A stretch of 62,891 nt of DNA, filler included, from Nemertoderma westbladi (lineage: Eukaryota > Animalia > Xenacoelomorpha): NCBI GenBank assembly GCA_032718475.1. It is 5 parts of 5 records of this genome, joined end to end, with 100 filler letters (N's around TTAATTAATTAA, not from the genome) between each part and the next. Parts side by side here need not be neighbours in the genome. Positions count along the whole stretch, not along the records: positions 45,425 to 54,355 come from JAUCBJ010004354.1; positions 54,456 to 62,891 come from JAUCBJ010000817.1; 3 more parts are not named here. The stretch is one strand, 5' to 3'. A program made the translations under genes and the position numbers. Of this stretch, positions 52,052 to 62,891 are shown piece by piece (the stretch's first letter is position 1; the number at the start of each line of letters is the position of its first letter). Below the pieces are notes generated by a model. The model saw only the letters and a program-made list of their open reading frames with translations, made no database searches and was not told the origin of the DNA.

Positions 52052-54355
52052 TAAAATGGTGTTTTGAGCTTACAATTAGTAAAATAAGTAATTTAAAGGC
52101 AGAATTCATGAATGCAGCAACACAGTTTCCATTCATTTAGCTACCAGGGTGTTAAAATTAAGGTAGAAGTTCAAATCGTACATAGAAGAAGGTCTAGTAA
52201 GTAAATAGTTCAATTCACAATATCAAACTCAAATTATATGGGACATACGTAACAAACATATAAAAATATCTCAACTCGTGAACAAAATTGAATGGAATAG
52301 ATTAGTGAATATCTATCACTTCTAAATAAGCAAACTATAGTGCCAAAGAGTATATCTAATACATATAAAATGAGTTCGTGAACAAATAAGCTAAATGTAT
52401 TATTGGGGATACCACTTACTTATTTTACGCATAATATAAAGTAGGAATATAAGTCATATAAAGTAGAATAGCCATAATAAAAAGTTACCAGAAAAAATAA
52501 CGTTTATTTCCGGGTCCTTTTCCTTTTTGGGGTCGCTTGCGACGTTTCGGTGGAGGGGAGCCATTCACCAGGTACCAGAGGCGGAGAACCTTGAACTTGT
52601 AGCCCCTCAGCGGCGGAAGGATGAAGTTCCAATGAGTCAGAAGGGGGTGCGACAGTTCGTACGGTTGGTCCACCAGTAGATGTTCCCGGTTGAGGTTAGT
52701 TAACCACGATCGATGTGGGAACAGAATGGCGCAATAACTTTACATAACGTGATCGCGCAATCCGCTGTAAATTTACGGAGTGATCCCACAATCTGATATA
52801 CTTTAGAAGGGATGCAGACTCTATAATGGACCGGTACCTACAGACAGACTCTATAATGGACCGGTACCTACAGACAGACTATATAATGGATCGGTACCTA
52901 CATACAGACTATATAATGGACCGGTACCTACAGACAGATATATAATGGACCGGTACCTACAGGCAGACTCTATAATGACCGGTACCTACAGACAGACTAT
53001 ATAATGGACCAGTACCTACAGACAGACTATATAATGGACCGGTACCTACAGACAGACTATATAATGGACCGGTACCTACAGACAGACTCTATAATGGACT
53101 GGTACGTACAGACAGACTATATAATGGACCGGTACCTACAGACAGACTCTATAATGGACCGGTACCTACAGACAGACTATATAATGGACCGGTACCTACA
53201 GACAAACTATATAATGGACCGGTACCTACAGACAGACTATTTAATGGACCGGTACCTACAGACAGACTCTATAATGGACCGGTACCTACAGACAGACTAT
53301 ATAATGGACCAGTACCTACAGACAGACTATATAATGGACCGGTACCTACAGACAGACTATATAATGGACTGGTACCTACAGCCAGACTCTATAATGGACC
53401 GGTACCTACAGACAGACTATATAATGGACCGGTACCTACAGACAGTCTCTATAATGGACCGGTACCTACAGACAGACTATATAATGGACCGGTACCTACA
53501 GACAGACTCTATAATGGACCGGTACCTACAGACAGAATATATATTAAAATGGTGTTTTGAGCTTAAAATTAGTAAAATAAGTAATTTAAAGGCAGAATTC
53601 ATGAATGCAGCAACACAGTTTCCATTCATTTAGCTACCAGGGTGTTAAAATTAAGGTAGAAGTTCAAATCGTACATAGAAGAAGGTCTAGTAAGTAAATA
53701 GTTCAATTCACAATATCAAACTCAAATTATATGGGACATACGTAACAAACATATAAAATATCTCAACTCGTGAACAAAATTGAATCGAATAGATTAGTGA
53801 ATATCTATCACTTCTAAATAAGCAAACTATAGTGCCAAAGAGTATATCTAATACATATAAAATGAGTTCGTGAACAAATAAGCTAAATGTATTATTGGGG
53901 ATACCACTTACTTATTTTACGCATAATATAAAGTAGGAATATAAGTCATATAAAGTAGAATAGCCATAATAAAAAGTTACCAGAAAAAATAACGTTTATT
54001 TCCGGGTCCTTTTCCTTTTTGGGGTCGCTTGCGACGTTTCGGTGGAGGGAAGCCATTCACCAGGTACCAGAGGCGGAGAACCTTGAACTTGTAGCCCCTC
54101 AGCGGCGGAAGGATGAAGTTCCAATGAGTCAGAAGGGGGTGCGACAGTTCGTACGGTTGGTCCACCAGTAGATGTTCCCGGTTGAGGTTAGTTAACCACG
54201 ATCGATGTGGGAACAGAATGGCGCAATAACTTTACATAACGTGATCGCGCAATCCGCTGTAAATTTACGGAGTGATCCCACAATCTGATATACTTTAGAA
54301 GGGATGCAGACTCTATAATGGACCGGTACCTACAGACAGACTCTATAATGGACCG
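52052..54355. repeat. ~1.49-kb tandem duplication (second unit from 53545, cut by the gap)
   Basis: 52052-~52860 is nearly identical to 53545-54355. Confidence 0.92.
52815..53536. repeat. 30-bp minisatellite (ATAATGGACCGGTACCTACAGACAGACTMT)n, about 24 units
   Basis: Read directly; restarts at ~54307. Confidence 0.95.
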
Positions 54356-54455
54356 NNNNNNNNNNNNNNNNNNNNNNNNNNNNNNNNNNNNNNNNNNNNT
54401 TAATTAATTAANNNNNNNNNNNNNNNNNNNNNNNNNNNNNNNNNNNNNNNNNNNN

Positions 54456-55080
54456 AATAAGCTCAAAGGATGGTATGCTTGAGCATGTGGACGACTTCTG
54501 TTACCTGGGATCATGGATACGGAAGTCAGGTGAGGACCTTCGAATACGTAAGGGAAAGGCATGGGCAGCCTTGACTAGGCATTCCAGGATTTGGAAGTCA
54601 CCGAGAATTAATCGGAAACTTAAGGTCCGATTATTTAGAGCAGCAGTAGTTCCAGTACTCCTCTATGGGAGTCCATGCTGGGCTCTAACTACTGAGGACA
54701 CCAAATCTCTGGATGGCACATTCACCAGAATGCTACGCCGGGTTAATTGTGTCAAGTACAATGCACACATCTCCAACCAGACACTATATAACATTGGAGG
54801 TGTCTCATTGGTTCCCCCAAGCTTGACACTAGAACAAAGTCGCATCCGCTTTGCAGGACATTGCTTTCGCCGTGAGGACCAGCCCGTGCATAATCTTGTG
54901 CTTTGGCAGCCCATGACTTTCTTGAGACGCATCTTAAAGGACACTGGACTTGAAGATGCGGATGATATAGCAAATGTCATGGGTGATAGGGAGTTGTGGC
55001 GGCGCAATTTTGTCGACAAGCCGGCACAGCATTCTTAAAAATGCAGCTGAAATGCAGCATGCCGATCCTAGAAGTAGTAG
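54456..55080 (+). mobile_element. RTE-type LINE 3' portion with (TAG)n tail
   Basis: FCYLGS, RLFRAAVVPVLLYGS, RIRFAGHC and RELWR motifs. Confidence 0.85.
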
Positions 55081-55082
55081 TG

Positions 55083-56450
55083 TGCAAGGATGCCAAATAT
55101 GTACCACTATCTGAATTTAGTCGTAGAATAGCTGAGGTTTGAGCGTTCAAAAGTTGCATGGTTTTGCATTTGCGCTATGCTATTTTATTTTATTTAATAA
55201 ATTCCTCATATTCTGAAACATTTTATTTATCCCATATAGGCGAGTCAATCTAGCCGAAAAAGGGGGTCAACCCATAACAAATTCGCAATTCATCCAAACC
55301 AATTTTATTTTATTCTACATTACCTTGTTAGTGCCCCCAAAAAAGTCTATAAAAATATATTATGCGGATCACCTTCAATTTCCTGTTTCTTTCCTTAGCA
55401 ACATGGATTTTACATAGCAACAAGGGGTCTATTAGTGGGATTTTCTCCAAATTTGGTACAGACAAACTTTACGCTAATGAGTATCGATTGACAGAAGTAT
55501 GCACTTCTATATTGTTACCAATTTAGTTTCCAGAGCAACGGAAATTGGTCTAATAATTTAACCATTTTTAATACCAATTTTGCTGGTACAATATAAGGAA
55601 GGACCTTATTTACACAACTTCTCTACTAAACGGGTGGATGTAACCTCGGCCATCGGATTTATCGACCTCAAAAACCCTTGTCCCCAAAAAATTGATTCGT
55701 TATATGATAAACTATTGTGGTTTTCAAACTCAAACAAATAAATAAATTACACCTAAAATCAATAGAGCAATAACAATTTAATTATGTGAAAAATCTTCAC
55801 TAACATTAATGGAAATTATAAAATTTCCTTGCAGTGGAATTGTATAATTTTTTTTACAACGGTTACCTTAATATATCATGAAGTTTTTGATATATTTAAA
55901 AATTTGATGCGACTTCTAGTTTCCGAGATATAGCAATTAATGTGTAACACGCCAGTGTAAATATTACTAATTTCCCATTGAATCACAGCTTATTGTGAAA
56001 TTAATTAAATTATTCTGGAACATCACCAATTTGCTACTTACTTTTCGAAACTGTTCCTTTTGTTTGGCTTGTGTTATGCACATTTAGGCAGAATTTCCAT
56101 GAATAAACATATGATCCGCAAAATAAAATTTTATAGACTTTTTTTGGTCATTAATAAGGTAATATAGAATCCAAAATATGTGGTCGGATTGATAGCGAAA
56201 TACTTATGGGTTTTTTGCTAGATTGACTCGACTAATACGTAGCTGGGCAACAATGCATTATCTCTATAATCATAGTATTCTATAATTATTCGTACATAAA
56301 CAAAATGTTCTAGAATATGGTGTTTTTATTTAATAGAATAAAATAACCTCGCGCAGGCGCAAAACCATGCAAGATTTGAACGATCATACGTATTTATTTC
56401 AGCTATTTAAAACGAAATTCAGATTGTGATACATATTTGGAATCCTTGCA
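55083..56450. mobile_element. Old non-autonomous element with long imperfect inverted arms
   Basis: 55084-55175 pairs with 56350-56450, and 55241-55370 pairs with 56112-56230. Confidence 0.6.
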
Positions 56451-57652
56451 TGGCCAGCTTTCTAACTGTACCTATAAATCACTATAAGATTGAATAATAA
56501 CTGCAGTGTAACTTGTGCAATATCGACGGAGACACTTTTTTTAAACGCTTGCAGCTAAAGAATGAAAGCAAAAATACAAAAATATAAAAAAAGCCCACGT
56601 GGGGAGAATTATACCATGACCTACAGTATTATACAGTAGATACGACCCACCAAGCTGTTGCAAAGCCCATTTAATGGGTCAGGTTGTTCTCTTATTTGGA
56701 TTCCCTGAAACAATAGGTCTATCACGTGGAAAGTTGGCCTACCTGGCCCCAACGAAACTTATGTCCTTTATAAGATGATGCCAATAATTGGTTTTCGAGA
56801 TATGAGGAGTTCCTGACACCCATTTCACAGCGCCTTTCGGTCATGAACAAAATGACACAAAATACGCTTCCTCTAAAAACTTTGGTGTAGCCAAATATAT
56901 TACCATTTTTTGCTGTGTTGAATTCATTATTAACAATTTGGAAAATAAGATTAGAAGTCAAAATACCGATTTTTAATGGACACAAAATTATTATTAATAA
57001 TTAATTAAACGTAATCATAATATTGTTATATGAAAAGTGTTTAAAGGGATAGATGCGTATTTGAGTGACTTTTTAAAATTCTGATAGGTGCTGATATGTG
57101 TGCATAACTCGAATACTACTGGAGCTATTTAATTTTTATTTTCCTCATCTGAAAGAGGACATAATTTTCGTAAGTACTTTCGACGCGCCTGATCTATTGT
57201 TTATCGAATTCTAACTAAGATAAATAACTGGCCCACTAAATTTAAGAGCCTTGCAGCGGCTTGGCGGGTCGTATCTATTGTAGGTCATGCCCGAGTGTGG
57301 GAGAGACTAGGACCCATAGTCTCCTATACATCCGCATCGCATCAAATTTCAAAATGTTGACGGTGCCCTTGAGGCCCATTAAAAATTTAAAATATTCCGA
57401 AATTCTCATTTCCTCCGAGGTCGGTGGGCATCCCCTAATCCGTGACTCCCATTAAATGGAGATAAAAAATAGATGCATAATGCCTATACTAACCTATATA
57501 ATCCGCACAATCAATGATGATTACGTATTCCACACACAAATTATATTACGTACTGCAGTTAGTTGCCGTATTATATTATTATCAATAACAAACACTACAA
57601 GAAAACTCTTCGATACTTATAATATGGTTCAATTCAACGCCATCACTCACCT

Positions 57653-57737
57653 GCTCCCGTAGCTCAATCGGTTAGAGCGCCGTACTTATAAACAGTATGT
57701 GATGCGGAGGTCGTGAGTTCGAGCCTCACCGGGAGCA
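57653..57737 (+). tRNA. tRNA-Ile(UAU) with 11-nt intron (57691-57701)
   Basis: Acceptor GCTCCCG/CGGGAGC, D-arm GCTC/GAGC, anticodon arm CCGTA-CT-TAT-A^A-TGCGG, T-loop TTCGAGC. Intron at the canonical 37/38 position. Confidence 0.93.
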
Positions 57738-57742
57738 GTAAC

Positions 57743-57748
57743 TTTTTT
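57743..57748 (+). terminator. RNA polymerase III terminator (T6)
   Basis: T-run 5 nt after the discriminator base; a second T-run follows. Confidence 0.8.
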
Positions 57749-58387
57749 GCAACTTTTTTTATTAAGGACATCCGTCTTGTGGTGGAGACACACACACACA
57801 CGTAGTTTATCATTTTGTTAAAATGGCACGCCACAGCTAAGGGGCGTTAAAATTCGGAAGTTTAAAATTCTTAGAATTACTGAAGATTTAAAATTATTCA
57901 GGTTGATACAAATTATGGTGTAAGCCATACATGTCTAATTGAGGTTCATGCTTCAAACATTCCATAGCTAAATATTAAACAATTTGTCTCAAAGCTTGGT
58001 TACAGGGAACTCAGCCACTGCCGCTGGGTGGAGCTAGCAATATCAAAACTACAATATTAACGAAGTAACAATAAAATCTTACTGAGTTGCCATGTTGCTA
58101 AGGAGTCAGGGAACTTTAAGATCGGAAAGTAAGAGGAACTTGCCGATTCTATGCCCTGCCATGGTGTTGGTGGGTCTCGGTATCTCCCTATCCCCTCTGC
58201 TTTGCACTCTTCCGAGTCAACGCAGTTTCATTTATGTAGATGTTTCCTGTGTAAAATGTCCATAGCCCCGCGGCTCGGTCTATCTACTGTTTTTGTATAT
58301 CGTGCATCGGTGCCCAGACCAATCGGTCGTCTGTACAACTGTCATTTTATAACGGTCGTGTGAATGAAAAGGCTTGTGTACCGAGTG

Positions 58388-59323
58388 TACTACTACTACT
58401 ACTAGGATCGGCATGCTGCATTGCAGCTGCATTTTTAAGAATGCTGTGCCGGCTTGTCAACAAAATTGCACCGCCACAACTCCCTATCACCCATGACATT
58501 TGCTAGATCATCCGCGTCTTTAAGGCCAGTGTCCTTTAAGATGCGTCTCAAGAAGTCATGGCTGTCCACCATGCTTATTCACTCCATGAGGCTGCCAAAG
58601 TACAAGATTATGCACTGGCTGGTCCTCACGGCGAAAGCAATGTCCTGCAAAGCGGAGGCGATTTTGTTCTAGTGTCAAGCTTGGGGGAACCAATGAGACA
58701 CCTCCAATGTTATATAGTGTCTGGTTGGAGATGTGTGCATTGTACTTGACACAATGAACCCGGCGTAGCATTCTTGTGAATGTGCCATCCAGAGATTTGG
58801 TGTCCTCAGCAGTTAGAGCCCAGCATGGACTCCCGTAGAGGAGTACTGGAACTACTGCTGCTCTAAATAATCGGACCTTAAGTTTCCGATTAATTCTCGG
58901 TGACTTCCAAATCCTAGAAAGCCTATTCAAGGCTGCCCATGCCTTTCCGTTACGTATTCGAAGGTCCTCACCTGACTTCCGGATCCATGATCCCAGGTAA
59001 CAGAAGTCGTCCACATGCTCAAGCATACCATCCTTTGAGCTTATGCTCATACGATCAGAGACTTGCTGAGGACTTTCAAAGTTAACTGTCAGAATTTTGG
59101 TCTTTCTGGAGTTAATAAAAAGACCAACACTAGAAGCAGCATGTTCTAATGAGCTGAGGAGCCGTTGGGCTCCCTCTAATGATTCTGAGAGTACTCCTAA
59201 GTCATCAGCAAAGTCTAGATCAATTAGGTACTTGGCAGGATTTCCTCGACTTCTGGAGCCAGTAGGTGGAGTTATCATCACCCCATCATACCGAGTGTGA
59301 TACTTGATTAAAAACCCATACAA
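58388..59323 (-). mobile_element. 5'-truncated RTE-type LINE with (TAG)n tail
   Basis: DLDFADDL, GLFINSRKTK, YLGS and VLLYGS motifs. Near-identical to 54456-55080, in convergent orientation. Confidence 0.88.
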
Positions 59324-59594
59324 TTATTATTATGATTCCCATTCAATGTATCATGAATATAAATAATGTTAGCTTAGCTGATACTTTATAATATATATTT
59401 AACATTAATTAGTTTAACGAAAAATTATGAAAAAACTGCACCATGAAATTAGATGGAGGCGGAGGCTATAAATAAACTTTATCAGAGAAAAGTTGTCAGA
59501 TACAATATAATAATCCTGGTGAAATTGAGATTATGTTGAGAACTGAGCACGAAAAATACAATAAACCGAAAACCAACCTATTTACCTATTATAT

Positions 59595-62374
59595 TTAGGT
59601 TGCAGTACTGGATGATAATATACTGTGGACGGCGGCTTTAAGTTCATCGACTACACGGGTAGACTCTGTTGTGTCCATGGCAACGCCACGGAGAGTCTCG
59701 GAGACCAGATTATGTGCGGCGTCGAGAGCGCCGATAACAACCCCGGGGGGGTCTGTATCCGTGGGTCGCTTAGCAACGAGGTGGGGCCTAACCGCCGCGA
59801 GTAGCGCGGGCACGCAACGCCCGGGCGCGTGGACCGGCGCGCCCAACTCCCGTTGGTATAGCAACGAGACCGCGATGTGCAACGCCAACGCCGGGTCAGT
59901 GACCTCGGATAGTTGCCGTGACAACGTGGCCCAATGCTGGGCGGCTAAGGACTTCTCGGAGCGCTTGTCGAGGTTCTTGACGTCGATGTGGCTGACGTTA
60001 AAGGCGACTTCGTCGAGGAGGTTGGAGAACTCCTCGAATGGTTTACCGAGAGCCTTGTGGAGTTCTATAAGATGATCGCGGCCGACTTCCGGCGGAAGTG
60101 ACTGTATGAGTTTGAGTCGCGACTCAGGGCTCGTGAGTCGCGGTTCAGAGTCGTTTGCTGCGCCTCCAGCGGCGGAGAACTGCAACGCAACCAGTTGGTT
60201 TAACAGATCGGTTAGGATGGTTTTGGATAGATGTTTCTCGAGGTGGGGCTTTAGGTCGGGCCCCGCACCCAGTATCGCCCTGCGGTACAACTGCGCGTGC
60301 AGCCATAGGTCGAGGACTCGGGTCTGGGTCTCCGCGTGCATCCGTTTCCTAGCGACCGAGGACATTCCGCCCGCGCTGTGAACGGCTTCGGCCGTTGCCG
60401 CCACTACGTTCTGGAACTCCTTCTCCAGCTCCTCCAGGAGAACCTAATGGGAGTGAAAAAAAGTAAAGGAAACTGTTATCCTACCGATTTCGGGTAAAAC
60501 ACTTTATAATAAATTATCTAAAAAACCAAAATCATTGGCCCAAGTGTATTATTATCTTTTATATCTTTTACCAAACTTTATTTGCAATAAAAAACCAAAG
60601 GAGGGGCACCTCAACCTCAGTAGCTCAGTAAACCAATTAATTTTCGTTAGTTTCGATTATGTTGTGCCAATTTAAGTACAGAAGTAGAAGTGCCACCAAT
60701 TACTATTAGACCGTTACCGCCTGAGCGGATATTTTCCCATCGTGTGCAACATTCATTTACGCTTGGAGAACAGATTGAAACTAAAACATAAATCTTGAAC
60801 TTTATTCTCAAGTATCTCGCTTTCCTGTCTTGAATATCATTACTGAATCATACAATCATATAATGATATCTATATATAAGTTACATATTGGTTACCTCGG
60901 AAACATCGTCAACAACAACGCAATCGGGAGGAAGAAACTCTGATATAACCCGTGAGACTTCTTCCACAGAGAGGAATCCTCCCTTCTCCTCCACAGAGGA
61001 GATGCCTCGCTCTTCTCCTCCCACGTCAACATCCGCTTTCCTAACTCGTCGTTTCTTATCCACACCTTTAGTTCTCGCCTCTCTCGCTCCGGATGTATTT
61101 CCCCCAGATTTCCCGGATGTATTCCCCCCTGCTTTCCCGACACCGGCGGCGGCTTTCCGCCTCTCATCCTTCCGCTCCTTCCGCCCTCCACCGCCCACTG
61201 TCGCCGGGCCGACGCCCCGCATTAACGCCCCCGAATCAACCAACTCCTTAGCCCGGGAATTCATTATAGAGTCGAACTTTCGCTTCAGTTGTTCCACGAG
61301 TGTCCGGGGAAGAAGGAATGTACCTCCGACAACCTGGGCAATTGGATGCGCCCCTACCAACCCCCTCTCTACCAACATCGCCGCGTCGCAATCGGACAAA
61401 CCAACCGGAAGATCTTCCCCAACATCCACCAACACGTCACCTTCCAACCCCGCACTACACAACGCCCCCACGCGTTCCACCCAGGAATCGCACACCGCGC
61501 TGTCTACCAACTCTAGCAACCCAACATCCCCGACCTGCTTCCGAAGGTAAACCTTCGGATCGACGACCCCGATTCGCTTGAGCGTTCGGAACTCGATAAA
61601 CCCGTTCTGCGCGATAAAATCCCGAACCCACCGATTTTGCGTCGCGGCGAATCTATCCGGGATATACACCCCTCCGGGCGACACGGAACCGCGCAGTAAT
61701 CCGCGGTCGATCAACCCAGCCAATAACGAGGCACACAGCTGCCGGTGTAAATTGTGTTCGTTCAGCACAGTAGCGACGCCTGTAGGACGAAGTAGTGCGG
61801 AGAACGCACCTAGCAGTCTAGATTCCTCGCGCGATACGAACTCCTCCGTGTACAGAATCGCACCTGCGTCATCTACTCGCACCGAGGAAGAAACATCCCG
61901 TTTAAGCAACGACGGCAGTAGAAATTCCGACGGAAGATTAAACTGCTTACTGAGTTCCGAAACGGAAATGAAACCTGAGGTCCAGACAGAATGGAACACC
62001 TGGCTGGACACCTCATCCAGATAGTCCTGGTTGATTAGTTGTCCCAGAATGTTGGTGACACCGTCGCCACAGACTTGCTCTAGACTCGCTTCGATGTGTG
62101 TGATATCGACGTTGAGAGAGTGTTGCAACTCGGCTAGACTCAACCGCCCGCCCTGGTATGCTAGTTCGTTACGAATCTCCGTAACAAGATGGCTGGGTGT
62201 CAGGAACTCTTTGCCGTCACACGTGTAGATGACGTCTACAAGGCTTTCATGGCGAAGGTTCTGAATAATTTCCACGCAATTTCTTTCCGAAAGTTTGAGA
62301 GAAGATTCTGTAAGTTGGGCGCGATGAAAATCAGCTGCCAATCTCAAGACCTCATCCCATTCAGCTTTAGACAT
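59595..62374 (-). CDS. UFL1: E3 UFM1-protein ligase 1; exons 62374-60896 and 60443-59595, ~775 aa
   Basis: WDEVLRLAADFHRAQL, LSERNCVEI, YTCDGKEFLTP, GGRL, RKDERRKAA and HAPGRCVP motifs. A 452-nt phase-0 GT-AG intron joins the two frames. Confidence 0.93.
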
Positions 62375-62891
62375 ATTGATTGAGTAACGTACTTGGCTAT
62401 TCCACTTATTAGTACTTAAAACACCGGTAGAATAGAACGTACAGTAGTATATCTCAATCTCAATCCAATACAACAAAGTTTTCAATGCGAATAAGGGGGT
62501 GGCTGTAAATGTAGGCATAAACTGGTGTAGTGAGTGAGCAGTTTGGTGAAGGTACATGCGTGCATGGTGCATGCCTATACATACATTGTCTGATTGTGTG
62601 GAATGCACATGAAAATGCATTTATTTACTGACATCCCTCCATATGCATTTCTATACGCGCATATGTGAATTTAAATAAGTGCATATAATATATGCATATT
62701 ATGCATTCATACGCACCTGCTTGCTTATGCATACGTGCATATATTCCACATAAGCACCAGTTTATATGCCACATACGAGTGTAAACGCTACGCCGACAAC
62801 CGACTACCAACGCCGGCAACCATTATTAAAGATAATTAATGTTATTTTTTAATTGAGGGAAAGGAACAGCTAACAGTGGAAGGTTATTCCA

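Noticed and set aside
52539-52575. Hammerhead-like CTGGTGA...GAAACGTC on the - strand
   Set aside because: A core A is replaced by G and there is no stem I pairing.
53004-53633. 209-aa MDRYLQTDYI repeat ORF
   Set aside because: Arises from a 30-bp minisatellite; earlier units contain frame-breaking indels.
60888-62024. Plus-strand ORFs over UFL1 (and 8950-9576 over CWC15)
   Set aside because: Antisense shadows of GC-rich coding sequence.
62375-62620. N-terminal extension of the 579-aa UFL1 ORF
   Set aside because: Homology starts at MSKAEWDEV. The upstream part runs through an ATGCAT-rich repeat-like region.

Overview
This is eukaryotic, most likely invertebrate, nuclear DNA. It consists of five contigs joined by artificial 100-nt N-TTAATTAATTAA-N linkers, so adjacency across gaps is not evidence. 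Host genes are the first coding exon of the spliceosomal factor CWC15 (-), a complete two-exon UFL1 (-) and an intron-containing tRNA-Ile(UAU). Most of the rest is nested mobile DNA. It includes a head-to-tail array of Neptune-type Penelope-like retroelements with one minimal hammerhead ribozyme per unit, a GalEa-type Ty1/copia element, a CRE-like RLE retroposon, RTE and other LINE fragments, and two related ~1.16-kb LTRs. It also includes many non-autonomous TIR elements (TA, TTAA and 8-bp target classes) and several minisatellites. The most striking observations are: (1) the CWC15 exon end plus its CAG|GTAAGT donor is amplified about 38 times in tandem; (2) a pervasive TA-filler-TA micro-duplication signature can be shown by comparing paralogous copies; (3) two of three Penelope copies carry an in-frame UGA exactly between RT and endonuclease.
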